NCBI GenBank assembly: GCA_003246895.1
Contig: QKCL01000048.1
Coordinates: forward strand, 55,019-119,018
Direction: 5' to 3'
Length of the DNA: 64,000 nt
Origin: Spirochaetota bacterium
GTDB lineage: Bacteria > Spirochaetota > UBA4802 > UBA5550
How positions within the stretch are numbered: the first letter of the stretch is position 1; every line of letters starts with the position of its first letter. Position numbers and translations under genes: made by a program. The notes beneath the pieces are model-generated. The model did no database searches. It saw only the letters and a program-made list of their open reading frames with translations, and had not been told where the DNA came from. Shown here piece after piece: positions 9,322 through 18,867 of the stretch.

Positions 9322-10308
9322 ATGGAAGTTCAGATAAACGGTTTTCCAATTGAGATAACTCTTGAAGAGGAGAAGACAGTAAGCGATGTTGTTGTGTCGG
9401 TGTCGGAATGGACATCAGAGAGAAATCTTATTTTTGTGGGTATAGAAGTTGACGAAGACTATTATAACATTGAAGAGGTTCCTGATATTTCCATAGATGA
9501 TGCAAAGGTTCTGAACTGTCTGGTGCAGTCCAAATCTGACATTGTCTATGATACAGTTAATGAGGGAATAGATTACTGCGAAAGGGTAATTGACTTCTTC
9601 TCCGATATGGATCATAAAGCAGCAACCGAAGAACTGGAGGATCTTGTGTCCGGTATGGAATGGCTTCAGGAAGTATTTCCTTCTGTGGCAGGGCTTCTGA
9701 ATATGAATCTTGCCGAGATAAGGTACAGGGACTCAAATATCGATTCATACATACATAAACTGAATGAATTCAAGCATTCAATAGTTCAGTTTATTGCCGC
9801 AGGTGAGGGTGAATTTAATTTTGACAGCAGGCTGTTTGAAGAACTGAAAGAGATTTTTGCTGTTTTTCTTCTCAGTGAAGAGATGCGAAAACTCATAGTG
9901 GACAGTATAGATTCTCCCGACATACTGGTGGGGACGCTTAAAAAAATTGAAGAATCATTGCCCGATCAGATGAAAATTCTTGAAGAAGCCGCAATCGCCT
10001 ATCAGACAGGTAATGATAAGGAAGGGGTGGAGAAGCTTTTTGAGTTCATTGACTTTATGTTTGGCTATACCAGAACCTGTTATCAGATGGCACCGGTTTT
10101 TAATCTGGATTTTGATAAAATTGAAATAGACGGAATTAGTCTCAGTGAAAAAAACAGGGAGCTTCATAATCTTCTCAATGATACGCTGGAGATAATTGAA
10201 AATAACGATATGATAAGTCTTGCCGATATCCTGGAATATGAGATGGTGGAAGCCATTGAAAATCTTGAAGGATATATCAGCATAATATTTGAAAAAGTCG
10301 GCGCATAA
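9322..10308 (+). CDS. Acidic hypothetical protein co-oriented directly after fliD
   Basis: ATG 9322 after GGAGG; C-terminal ENNDMISLADILEYEM. Confidence 0.8.
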   Translation: MEVQINGFPIEITLEEEKTVSDVVVSVSEWTSERNLIFVGIEVDEDYYNIEEVPDISIDDAKVLNCLVQSKSDIVYDTVNEGIDYCERVIDFFSDMDHKAATEELEDLVSGMEWLQEVFPSVAGLLNMNLAEIRYRDSNIDSYIHKLNEFKHSIVQFIAAGEGEFNFDSRLFEELKEIFAVFLLSEEMRKLIVDSIDSPDILVGTLKKIEESLPDQMKILEEAAIAYQTGNDKEGVEKLFEFIDFMFGYTRTCYQMAPVFNLDFDKIEIDGISLSEKNRELHNLLNDTLEIIENNDMISLADILEYEMVEAIENLEGYISIIFEKVGA

Positions 10309-10500
10309 TACAGTCAGTCAGCACAGCTCTTCTATTGAAGACCTGTGCTGACTGAACGTGTCTTTTCGGGAGTATCTTCACATGGAAGGCCACCTCTCCT
10401 GCAAAAAAACACCTTCGCTAAATTTATTCATGTAAAAATATTTACAAAAATATTATATTATTCTGATAATGTCAGTATTATCGTTTTATGGGGATGCATT

Positions 10501-11892
10501 ATGTCAGATAAAAACAGCAAGAAACTATGGGGCGGAAGATTTAAGTCCGGCTCATCCGATGTTACTGAAAGGCTTTCGCAGTCCATAGCCTTTGATTCAA
10601 AACTCTACAGGCAGGATATCCGCGGATCTAAGGTTCATGCGGGTATGCTCAATAAAATGGGAATCCTCAGTGACGGTGAATATTCTGACATTGTAAAGGG
10701 CCTTGATGGAATAGAGAAAGAGATTGAAAGCGGCAGTTTTGATTTTCAGACTTCCCGGGAAGATATTCATATGAATATTGAGGCGACACTTACTGAGAGA
10801 ATAGGTGATGCAGGGAAGAGACTTCATACGGGCCGTTCCAGGAATGACCAGGTGGCAACCGATGTGAGGCTCTATGTGAAGGACGAATCCGTTAAAATTG
10901 GAGCTCTCCTTAAGGATCTCATAAATCTGTTAATCGATATTTCAGAAAAGAATATAGATATTATCCTTCCGGGATATACTCACATGCAGGTGGCGCAGCC
11001 GGTCCGTTTCAGCCACCATATGATGGCCTATGCCTGGAAGTTCAGCCGTGATCTGAGAAGGCTGAGAAGTTCGGCAGATGCTGCGGACTTTCTCCCCCTT
11101 GGCTGCGGAGCCCTTGCGGGAGTTAACTATAAAAATGACAGAGAGTATCTCAGGGAGAATCTCGGTTTCTCGGATATCATAATGAATTCAATGGATGCTG
11201 TAAGTGATAGGGATTTTGTTCTGGATTTTCTGTATTTTTCAGCAGTAATCGGGACTCATATGTCGCGTTTCTGTGAAGAACTCATACTGTGGTCCACTTC
11301 GGAGTTTAATTTTATCAGGTTAAGTGATTCGGTCACCACGGGGTCTTCAATTATGCCCCAGAAAAAGAATCCCGATGTTGCAGAACTTATTCGTGGCAAA
11401 ACAGGCAGACTCTATGGAAATCTCTTTACACTGCTGACTATTTTAAAGGGCCTCCCTATGACATATAACAGGGATCTCCAGGAGGACAAGGAGCCTCTTT
11501 TTGATTCAATTGAAACAGTCGGTCTGTGCCTTGAGGGTATGATTGAGATGCTTTCGGGCATGGAAATAAAGAAGGATGTCATGAAATCCGCAGTTTACCG
11601 TAATTTTTCAACGGCCACGGATCTTGCGGACTATCTGGTTAAAAAAAATGTCCCCTTCAGGGAATCCCATGAAATTTCAGGAAGCATAGTGAAGTTCTGC
11701 GAGGAAGAGAACAGGGATTTTTTTACGCTTACACTTGAAGATCTGAAAAGATTTTCTTCAGTATTTGAATCTGATATAACCGCAATTCTGGATCCTGCAT
11801 GTTCAACTGAAAGGAAGGAATCAGCGGGGAGCACTTCTCAAAGCCAGGTTCTGGAACAGATAGATATTTTAAAGAAAAGGATAAATGATTAA
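10501..11892 (+). CDS. argH: Argininosuccinate lyase
   Basis: KLWGGRF, HTGRSRNDQVATD and GSSIMPQKKNPD; start moved to ATG 10501. Confidence 0.97.
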   Translation: MSDKNSKKLWGGRFKSGSSDVTERLSQSIAFDSKLYRQDIRGSKVHAGMLNKMGILSDGEYSDIVKGLDGIEKEIESGSFDFQTSREDIHMNIEATLTERIGDAGKRLHTGRSRNDQVATDVRLYVKDESVKIGALLKDLINLLIDISEKNIDIILPGYTHMQVAQPVRFSHHMMAYAWKFSRDLRRLRSSADAADFLPLGCGALAGVNYKNDREYLRENLGFSDIIMNSMDAVSDRDFVLDFLYFSAVIGTHMSRFCEELILWSTSEFNFIRLSDSVTTGSSIMPQKKNPDVAELIRGKTGRLYGNLFTLLTILKGLPMTYNRDLQEDKEPLFDSIETVGLCLEGMIEMLSGMEIKKDVMKSAVYRNFSTATDLADYLVKKNVPFRESHEISGSIVKFCEEENRDFFTLTLEDLKRFSSVFESDITAILDPACSTERKESAGSTSQSQVLEQIDILKKRIND

Positions 11893-12535
11893 GTATTTTT
11901 TATCAGGATGGAGACTGCCTCTTGTTGTAGCAGTAACGGCGCTGCTTGTTTTTACGGCTGTCATTGATATTTATATAACGGCAAGCGCATCTTCGAGAGT
12001 CTATAGAAATGTGTCTGAGATTCCATGGAACAAGTGCGGGCTTCTTCTGGGTACCAGCAAGTACAGGGTAGAGGGGGGGCTTAATCCGTATTTTTTAAGC
12101 CGGATTAATGCGGCGGTTGAACTTTACCGTTCCGGCAAGATTAACTTTATTATCGCAAGCGGTGACAACAGTGAGAAGTACTATAATGAACCTCAGCAGA
12201 TGAAAAAGTACCTTGTCATGATGGGAGTACCCAAAGAGAAGGTTTTTATGGATTTTGCGGGATTCAGGACTCTTGATTCTGTTATCAGAGCAAAATATAT
12301 TTTTGGACAGGACTCGATTACGGTAATTTCACAGAAATTCCATGTGGACAGGGCCATCTATATCGCAAGGGAAAACGGGATTGAGGCTGCTGGCTTTGCT
12401 GCAGGAGATGTCAAGGAATCCGGTTATATCAGGTTAAGGTTCAGGGAATTTCTTGCCCGGCTTAAGGCCTTCGTGGATATTCATATACTCGAAAAAAAAC
12501 CTAAATTTCTCGGCAACAGGATACAGGTTGACTGA
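11885..12535 (+). CDS. sanA: SanA/YdcF (ElyC) family protein
   Basis: LLLGTSKY, SGDNSEKYYNEP, DFAGFRTLDS and SQKFHVDRA. Confidence 0.88.
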   Translation: MIKYFLSGWRLPLVVAVTALLVFTAVIDIYITASASSRVYRNVSEIPWNKCGLLLGTSKYRVEGGLNPYFLSRINAAVELYRSGKINFIIASGDNSEKYYNEPQQMKKYLVMMGVPKEKVFMDFAGFRTLDSVIRAKYIFGQDSITVISQKFHVDRAIYIARENGIEAAGFAAGDVKESGYIRLRFREFLARLKAFVDIHILEKKPKFLGNRIQVD

Positions 12536-12546
12536 CAGTTATGGTG

Positions 12547-13284
12547 TTACTCGGATGATACTTTGATATTGTCATAATCCGCTTCGGCAATATCATGTGT
12601 GGCATTTGCATCCGTAAGGATTCCTATCATGATAGGAGGATATTTCGGTTTTTCCCTGAAAAACTGTATGTAGTCATAAAGAACATTTCTTTTGAAATTT
12701 ATCCATTTCCCAAGGCCTTTTTTACCTGAAGCAACAACAACATATTTTCCCCTGATTGTAATGCCATAATCCTTGATGGTTCTGCTTACCACAGTCCCGA
12801 CGGGCAGTGTGGAACTCCAGACATACTTAATCCAGTTAACAGGCTGATATTTCCATCCCGCAAAAGGGACATATGCTGATTGAAATATTACATAGATTCC
12901 CGCTGCTGAATCATTTTTACTCTTAATTTTTTCATTTCCTCCCGCAGGAAGCCTCTTTACTCTCCAGTCCCAGGTCAGCCATGGATGATTAATGATATCC
13001 CATGTCATTTTTTGTCCTTGTGAGTAACGGTTTAATGGCAGGCCTATCTGTATGGAGTTAGTTGATCTGGAAGTGGTTGCCTGAAGATAACGGTTTGATC
13101 TGTCATTTGCGATGCTGTATATTTTATATCTGTTGCTGTTCTCTTTTCTTACTTTCCATTTAGGGAAGGGGGACTTGTTCATGGACTGGAAATCCTCCAG
13201 AATTATTTCCCCAGAGAAAAGCTTCCTTTCTGTCAAGGGAAGCAGCATAACTGCAGTTAAAATCAGACTGATTAAAAGTTTCAT
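12547..13284 (-). CDS. Secreted DUF3047-like protein
   Basis: Signal peptide; PWLTWDWRV, NDSAAGIYVIF, IKYVWSSTLPVG and ILTDANAT. Confidence 0.75.
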   Translation of the reverse strand: MKLLISLILTAVMLLPLTERKLFSGEIILEDFQSMNKSPFPKWKVRKENSNRYKIYSIANDRSNRYLQATTSRSTNSIQIGLPLNRYSQGQKMTWDIINHPWLTWDWRVKRLPAGGNEKIKSKNDSAAGIYVIFQSAYVPFAGWKYQPVNWIKYVWSSTLPVGTVVSRTIKDYGITIRGKYVVVASGKKGLGKWINFKRNVLYDYIQFFREKPKYPPIMIGILTDANATHDIAEADYDNIKVSSE

Positions 13285-13481
13285 ATAATTACCTTATTTA
13301 TTACTAAATCACAACAAGGTGCTCATGTCTATTAAAAATCGGGATTTTTGATTGAGCTATTAATTTGAGTATTGTGTTGAAAAGGGTTTGTTTTTGATGA
13401 ATTTTAAAAAAAGGAAACATTTATAAAATAATTGTTGCATATTGGAGCAATGCGGGATACTAATTCTTTGGAGGCGCTTCC

Positions 13482-13778
13482 ATGGTTGAAATAATTGATT
13501 CTGATGTTAGCCGTACGTACAAGTTTACAAAGGAGTTTGAAAGGACAGATTTCCCCAAGGTTGAACAGAAGATAAACGATTTTTTTCAAAATGATTCAAG
13601 GGGACTTATCCTTGATTTCGAAAATGTTCAGAGCCTTGACTCTCAGTGTCTTGCTTCGCTCATAAGACTGAAAAACCGTTTTAAGAACGATGAGAGGGAT
13701 ATGAAACTGCGCAACTACAATGACTTCATTGAAAGGCTTCTTAATGTGTCCGGCCTGGGGCCATTTTTGGTCAAATAA
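13482..13778 (+). CDS. STAS-domain protein (anti-sigma factor antagonist-like)
   Basis: LILDFENVQSLDSQCLASL and RLLNVSGL; GGAGG SD. Confidence 0.8.
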   Translation: MVEIIDSDVSRTYKFTKEFERTDFPKVEQKINDFFQNDSRGLILDFENVQSLDSQCLASLIRLKNRFKNDERDMKLRNYNDFIERLLNVSGLGPFLVK

Positions 13779-13920
13779 CAGATTCCGTGTTTGCTTTATT
13801 CTGCTGAGTTATTAAATTATATCTATCTCTATTAAGAAAAGGAATGTGCCATGGGGAGGTAATAAACTTCCCTGAGGTTTTTGTTCCGTTTTTTATTAGA
13901 GACTACCTGGTCTTATGGGG

Positions 13921-13949
13921 TTGACAATAGGATGGTATGGAGTTAACGT
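13921..13949 (+). promoter_or_regulatory. Putative sigma70 promoter of gpmI
   Basis: TTGACA-N17-TAACGT. Confidence 0.5.
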
Positions 13950-13978
13950 TCATATCAGTATAATTGGAGATTAAATAT

Positions 13979-15634
13979 ATGGAAAAACTCAGTAAACTTG
14001 AAAAGATAAAAAGAAATGGGCCCGTGGTTCTTGTCATAATGGACGGAATGGGGCTTGGACGCGAGGATGAGGGCAATGCCTTTTTTCAGGCAAGAACACC
14101 TAATCTGGGCAGGCTCATGGGAGAGTGCAAATGGCTTAAGCTTAAGGCTCACGGTACTGCGGTTGGGCTTCCGGCCGATGATGATATGGGAAACTCGGAG
14201 GTGGGCCATAATGCCCTCGGAGCGGGAAGGATTTTCGATCAGGGTGCAAAGCTTGTTGAAAATGCCATCCTTTCAAAGGATATTTACAGATCTTCTGTAT
14301 GGGAGGAGATAGTCGGGAGAAACAGCGGCCAGAAATCCTTCCTTCATCTCATTGGCCTTCTTTCGGACGGAAACGTTCATTCTCACATAAAACATTTATA
14401 CAGCATCATTCAGGAGGCATCTGTCAGCGGCATTGAGAATATCAGGGTTCATGTTCTTTTTGACGGGCGGGATGTTCCGGAGACTTCTGCTCATATTTAT
14501 CTGAAGGAGCTTGAAGACCTGCTGGCTGGATACCGGGAGCGCGGAATGAATTATGCTGTTGCATCGGGAGGCGGAAGAATGGTTACTACAATGGACCGTT
14601 ACGAGGCTGACTGGTCCATTGTCAAGCGCGGATGGGATGCCCATGTTCTTGGAAAAGGCAGGCCCTTCCGGTCTGCCATGGAGGCGCTGGAGACATTCCG
14701 CAGTGAAAAAAAAGGCATAATTGATCAGTACCTTCCTGAATTTACTGTTGTTGATGATAACGGCCCCGTGGGGGCAATAAATGACGGAGATTCTGTCGTA
14801 TTCTTCAATTTCCGTGGAGACAGGGCGATCGAGATAACAAAGGCCTTTGAGCAGGAAAGTTTCAGCCACTTTGAAAGGGAGCGAAGGCCCCATGTACTCT
14901 ATGCGGGTATGATGCAGTATGATGGAGACCTCATGATTCCGGAAAAGTATCTGGTCTCTCCTCCTAAAATTGACAGAACCGTGAGTGAATTTCTTGCACA
15001 GGCAGGGGTGAACCAGTTTGCGGTTTCCGAGACACAGAAATTCGGACATGTCACATACTTCTGGAATGGAAACAGGACTGAAAAATTTGATGAAAAGACT
15101 GAAGAATACTGTGAAATTCCGTCTGACAGGATAGAATTCAATGAAAGGCCATGGATGAAGGCCGGGGAAATAACGGATGAGGTAATAAATAAAATACTTT
15201 CGGGGAAATTCCCCTTTATAAGGCTTAATTATCCTAACGGTGACATGGTTGGGCACACAGGAGATCTTGAAGCTGCAATAATTGCTGCGGAAACCGTTGA
15301 TCTATCCCTGCTGAGGATACTCAAAGTGCTGCGGGAAACCGGGGGTGTGGCCCTGATAACGGCTGATCACGGAAATCTGGATGAGATGTATGAGCTGGAT
15401 AAAAAGACAGGCAAATTTTCTGTTGACCCTGCCACGGGAGAGATGAGGAAAAAGACATCTCATACGCTTAACCCCGTTCCCTTTATAATATTTGACCCCG
15501 GGTATGGGGGGGAGTATGAATTAAATGGAGAGATTTCAGGGCCGGGACTGGGTAATGTTGCTGCAACAATACTGAATTTTCTTGATTTTGAAAAACCTGA
15601 AGATTATCTCCCCTCTCTCATAAAGGTGAAGTAA
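13979..15634 (+). CDS. gpmI: 2,3-bisphosphoglycerate-independent phosphoglycerate mutase
   Basis: DDMGNSEVGHN, LSDGNVHSH, DGRDVP, NFRGDRA, NGDMVGHTG and TADHGN. Confidence 0.96.
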   Translation: MEKLSKLEKIKRNGPVVLVIMDGMGLGREDEGNAFFQARTPNLGRLMGECKWLKLKAHGTAVGLPADDDMGNSEVGHNALGAGRIFDQGAKLVENAILSKDIYRSSVWEEIVGRNSGQKSFLHLIGLLSDGNVHSHIKHLYSIIQEASVSGIENIRVHVLFDGRDVPETSAHIYLKELEDLLAGYRERGMNYAVASGGGRMVTTMDRYEADWSIVKRGWDAHVLGKGRPFRSAMEALETFRSEKKGIIDQYLPEFTVVDDNGPVGAINDGDSVVFFNFRGDRAIEITKAFEQESFSHFERERRPHVLYAGMMQYDGDLMIPEKYLVSPPKIDRTVSEFLAQAGVNQFAVSETQKFGHVTYFWNGNRTEKFDEKTEEYCEIPSDRIEFNERPWMKAGEITDEVINKILSGKFPFIRLNYPNGDMVGHTGDLEAAIIAAETVDLSLLRILKVLRETGGVALITADHGNLDEMYELDKKTGKFSVDPATGEMRKKTSHTLNPVPFIIFDPGYGGEYELNGEISGPGLGNVAATILNFLDFEKPEDYLPSLIKVK

Positions 15635-15635
15635 T

Positions 15636-15664
15636 AAAAAACCCCTGCCATGCAGGGTTTTTTT
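15636..15664 (+). terminator. Intrinsic terminator after gpmI
   Basis: AAAAAACCCCTGC-CAT-GCAGGG followed by a T run. Confidence 0.75.
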
Positions 15665-15901
15665 ATGCGGGGGCAGGCGAGGCTGGTGGTCTACTCATAC
15701 TCAACTTTTCTACATTTATGTAATTTTAATTGTTACAAAATTGTATTACAAATATTTGCTCAAGAGAGCATTTGTTTTTATTTTTAAGAAAATCCGGGAT
15801 AATTTTGGGGAAAAAGCGGAATATTTGAGTTTTATATATCCTTTTTATGTGTATTTTCTTTAATTTGACTATTTCAACAAAATTGAATTATTTTAAAAGT
15901 G

Positions 15902-15944
15902 AAAACACATAATTGTTATAAAAAAAATAACAATTATGTGTTTT
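15902..15944. repeat. Perfect 18-bp inverted repeat, candidate upstream activator site
   Basis: AAAACACATAATTGTTAT-A7-ATAACAATTATGTGTTTT, about 100 bp upstream of the sigma54 site. Confidence 0.8.
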
Positions 15945-16045
15945 ATGTGGAGACAAATTTGTGTTTTTCATTTTTACAGGTTGTTCCGGCTGTTTTTGCT
16001 GAAAATATATCGAATTTGATGCGTTTTTTTTAAATAATCATGTTT

Positions 16046-16061
16046 TGGCACACATTTTGCA
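16046..16061 (+). promoter_or_regulatory. Sigma54 (RpoN) promoter of the eat-eutBC operon
   Basis: TGGCAC-ACATT-TTGCA, an exact match to the -24/-12 consensus, 31 nt before the ATG. Confidence 0.85.
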
Positions 16062-16092
16062 TTGATAGGTTATAAAACTTTAGGAGGCAAAT

Positions 16093-17454
16093 ATGAGTGC
16101 TAAAACAGATTCTCCTTCACTGGAGAGAAAACTTGGTCCATTAATGCTGTGGGGCCTTGGTGTTGGTTATGTTATTTCCGGAATGTATTTCGGATGGAAT
16201 CTTGGTCTTGCTGAGGGGGGAACCCTTGGTCTTGCCATTGCTACTTTATTCATCATTGTGATGTATCTTACTTTTACTTTCAGTTATACTGAGCTTGCCT
16301 GTGCTATTCCAAAGGCAGGTGGAGCCTTTGATTATGCAAAAGAGGCCAGCGGTAAAAACATGGGGTTTTTAGCTGGTATGGCTCAGGTAGTGGAATTTGT
16401 ATTTGCTCCACCTGCTATTGCAGCTGCTATCGGTGCATATTTCGGTCTTTTTTTCCCGAATGTACCAACACTTGAAATCGCAATTATTGCATATGTTATC
16501 TTTACAGCACTTAATATCTATGGTGTAAAAGCGGCTGCAAGATTTGAGCTTTTCATTACAATACTTGCTGTTGCAGAACTTCTCATCTTCGCCGGGGCGA
16601 CTCTACCTTCATTTAAAGTTGCAAACCTTGCTGTAGATGCTCTTCCAAACGGTTGGGGCGGTGTTTTCGCTGCAATACCATTTGCTATCTGGTTTTTCCT
16701 TGCAATTGAAGGTGTTGCAAACGTAGCTGAAGAAACAGTTAATCCTCAGAGAAATATTCTGATCGGGTTCGGATCCGCAATTATAACTCTGGTAGTTCTT
16801 GCAATTTTAACATTTGCTGCAGCTGCCGGTGTTTCGGGATGGAAAGCCATTGTTTATGCAGCGGATGGTACAGCTTCTGATTCTCCACTGCCGATGGCTC
16901 TAGGGCATCTTTTCGGTCAAGGACATGTTCTCTATCACATGCTGATCGGAATCGGACTCTTCGGATTGATCGCTTCTTTCCACGGTATCATTCTTGCTGC
17001 CGGTAGAGCTGTCCTTGAAATGGGAAGGGTAAAATATCTTCATCCTTCACTCGGCAAGGTTAATGGAAAATTCAAAACTCCTGTAAATGCTTTGATCTTC
17101 AATATGATCATCGGTATTATTGCTCTCTTTACTGGAAGAACTGGTGAAATTATTACAATCGCAGTTTTCGGTGCTCTTACACTTTACATTGTTTCCATGA
17201 TTTCATTCTTTAAACTCAGAAAGAACAAACCTGATATGGAAAGACCATTCAAGGTTCCATTCTATCCTGTTGCTCCTGCACTTGCTCTGATTATTGCAAC
17301 AGTTGCTCTTGTGGCGGTTACATATTATAATCTTATGCTTGCAGGAATCTATGCCGCAATTATGATCGTAGCATTCGCATGGTTTAAACTGTTCGGTCCT
17401 GCAAGTGAAGAAGATTCTGATATTCCAACAGAACTGGCAATGGAAGAAAAATAG
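16093..17454 (+). CDS. eat: Ethanolamine permease (APC family)
   Basis: LWGLGVGYVISGMYFGWN and PFAIWFFLAIEGVA; adjacent to eutBC. Confidence 0.93.
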   Translation: MSAKTDSPSLERKLGPLMLWGLGVGYVISGMYFGWNLGLAEGGTLGLAIATLFIIVMYLTFTFSYTELACAIPKAGGAFDYAKEASGKNMGFLAGMAQVVEFVFAPPAIAAAIGAYFGLFFPNVPTLEIAIIAYVIFTALNIYGVKAAARFELFITILAVAELLIFAGATLPSFKVANLAVDALPNGWGGVFAAIPFAIWFFLAIEGVANVAEETVNPQRNILIGFGSAIITLVVLAILTFAAAAGVSGWKAIVYAADGTASDSPLPMALGHLFGQGHVLYHMLIGIGLFGLIASFHGIILAAGRAVLEMGRVKYLHPSLGKVNGKFKTPVNALIFNMIIGIIALFTGRTGEIITIAVFGALTLYIVSMISFFKLRKNKPDMERPFKVPFYPVAPALALIIATVALVAVTYYNLMLAGIYAAIMIVAFAWFKLFGPASEEDSDIPTELAMEEK

Positions 17455-17484
17455 AATCATTATATTTAACCAGACGAGGAAGAA

Positions 17485-18867
17485 ATGAAATACAGAAGTT
17501 CAACAGGTTTAAGATCTTATACTTTCTACAGCCTTAAGGACCTTCTGGCAAAGGCGTCTCCTGAGAGATCAGGGGACGGTCTGGCCGGGATTGCTGCCGA
17601 GAGTTCTGAAGAGAGATGTTCGGCTCAGATGGCTCTTGCCGATGTGCCGCTCAAGGATTTTCTTCATGAAGATATTATACCCTATGAGGAAGATGAAATT
17701 ACGAGGCTCATAGCAGATACGCATGACATGGAAGCCTTTTCGCCTGTTTCATCTCTGACTGTTGGTGAATTCAGAAACTGGATTCTGGCAGACACAACTA
17801 CAGGCGATGACTTGAAGAACCTGTCCATGGGCCTGACACCGGAAATGGTTTCAGCAGTTTCAAAACTCATGCGTAATCAGGATCTTATTCTTGCTGCATC
17901 CAAGATACGGAATGTCACTTCATTCAGGAGTACAATCGGTCTACCCGGCAGAATGTCAACAAGGCTTCAGCCAAACGACCCTGTTGACGACCCCAGGGGA
18001 ATTGCTGCGGAAATTCTTGACGGGCTTTTTTACGGATGCGGTGACGCGGTAATCGGAATAAATCCGGCTTCTGACAATTACAGTGCAGTTGTTACACTGA
18101 TTCATCTTATAAATGAATTCATTGACAAGTTTGAGATTCCAACCCAGAGCTGTGTGCTGACCCATGTTACTACTACTATTCAGGCAATAGAGAAAGGTGT
18201 ACCTGTTGACCTGATTTTTCAGTCCATCGGCGGTTCAGAAGCGGCAAACAGAAGTTTCGGTGTGGATCTGAGTATACTGAGAGAGGCCTATGATGCGGGT
18301 AATTCTCTTAGAAGAGGGACAGTCGGCAATAACTTTATGTATTTCGAAACAGGCCAGGGGAGTGAACTCTCCGGAAACGGGCATCACGGCGTAGACCAGC
18401 AGACACTTGAGGTAAGAACCTATGCTCTTGCAAGAGAGTTTAATCCTCTGCTTGTTAATACAGTTGTAGGATTCATTGGCCCTGAATATCTTTACGATGG
18501 AAAACAGATCACAAGGGCCGGGCTTGAAGACCATTTCTGCGGTAAGCTCATGGGACTTCCAATGGGAGTTGATGTGTGCTATACAAATCATGCGGAAGCG
18601 GATCAGGATGATATGGATAATCTCCTTACTCTTCTTGGTGTGGCCGGATGTAACTTTATAATGGGAATTCCCGGAGCCGATGACATAATGCTGAACTATC
18701 AGAGTACATCATTCCATGATGCCCTTTATCTCAGGTCAGTTCTCGGGCTTAAACCGGCACCGGAATTTGAGAAATGGCTTCTCCAGATGAATCTTTTTGA
18801 CAGCAAATTAAGGCCCACAGAAAAGATTGAAAGCAACAGATTATTTTTAAGTGCGGGTGAAATATGA
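17485..18867 (+). CDS. eutB: Ethanolamine ammonia-lyase large subunit
   Basis: STRLQPNDP, YFETGQGSELS, NTVVGFIGPEY and DVCYTNH. Confidence 0.97.
   Translation: MKYRSSTGLRSYTFYSLKDLLAKASPERSGDGLAGIAAESSEERCSAQMALADVPLKDFLHEDIIPYEEDEITRLIADTHDMEAFSPVSSLTVGEFRNWILADTTTGDDLKNLSMGLTPEMVSAVSKLMRNQDLILAASKIRNVTSFRSTIGLPGRMSTRLQPNDPVDDPRGIAAEILDGLFYGCGDAVIGINPASDNYSAVVTLIHLINEFIDKFEIPTQSCVLTHVTTTIQAIEKGVPVDLIFQSIGGSEAANRSFGVDLSILREAYDAGNSLRRGTVGNNFMYFETGQGSELSGNGHHGVDQQTLEVRTYALAREFNPLLVNTVVGFIGPEYLYDGKQITRAGLEDHFCGKLMGLPMGVDVCYTNHAEADQDDMDNLLTLLGVAGCNFIMGIPGADDIMLNYQSTSFHDALYLRSVLGLKPAPEFEKWLLQMNLFDSKLRPTEKIESNRLFLSAGEI

Noticed and set aside
10415-10446. Possible ARG box upstream of argH
   Set aside because: Only one good half-site (TTATTCATG), and the TGTAAAAATATTTACA palindrome has the wrong spacing; AT-rich context
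14396-15256. Long antisense ORFs (also 21651-22403, 42663-43208, 59428-60050)
   Set aside because: They lie opposite well-supported genes and have no motifs; shadow ORFs
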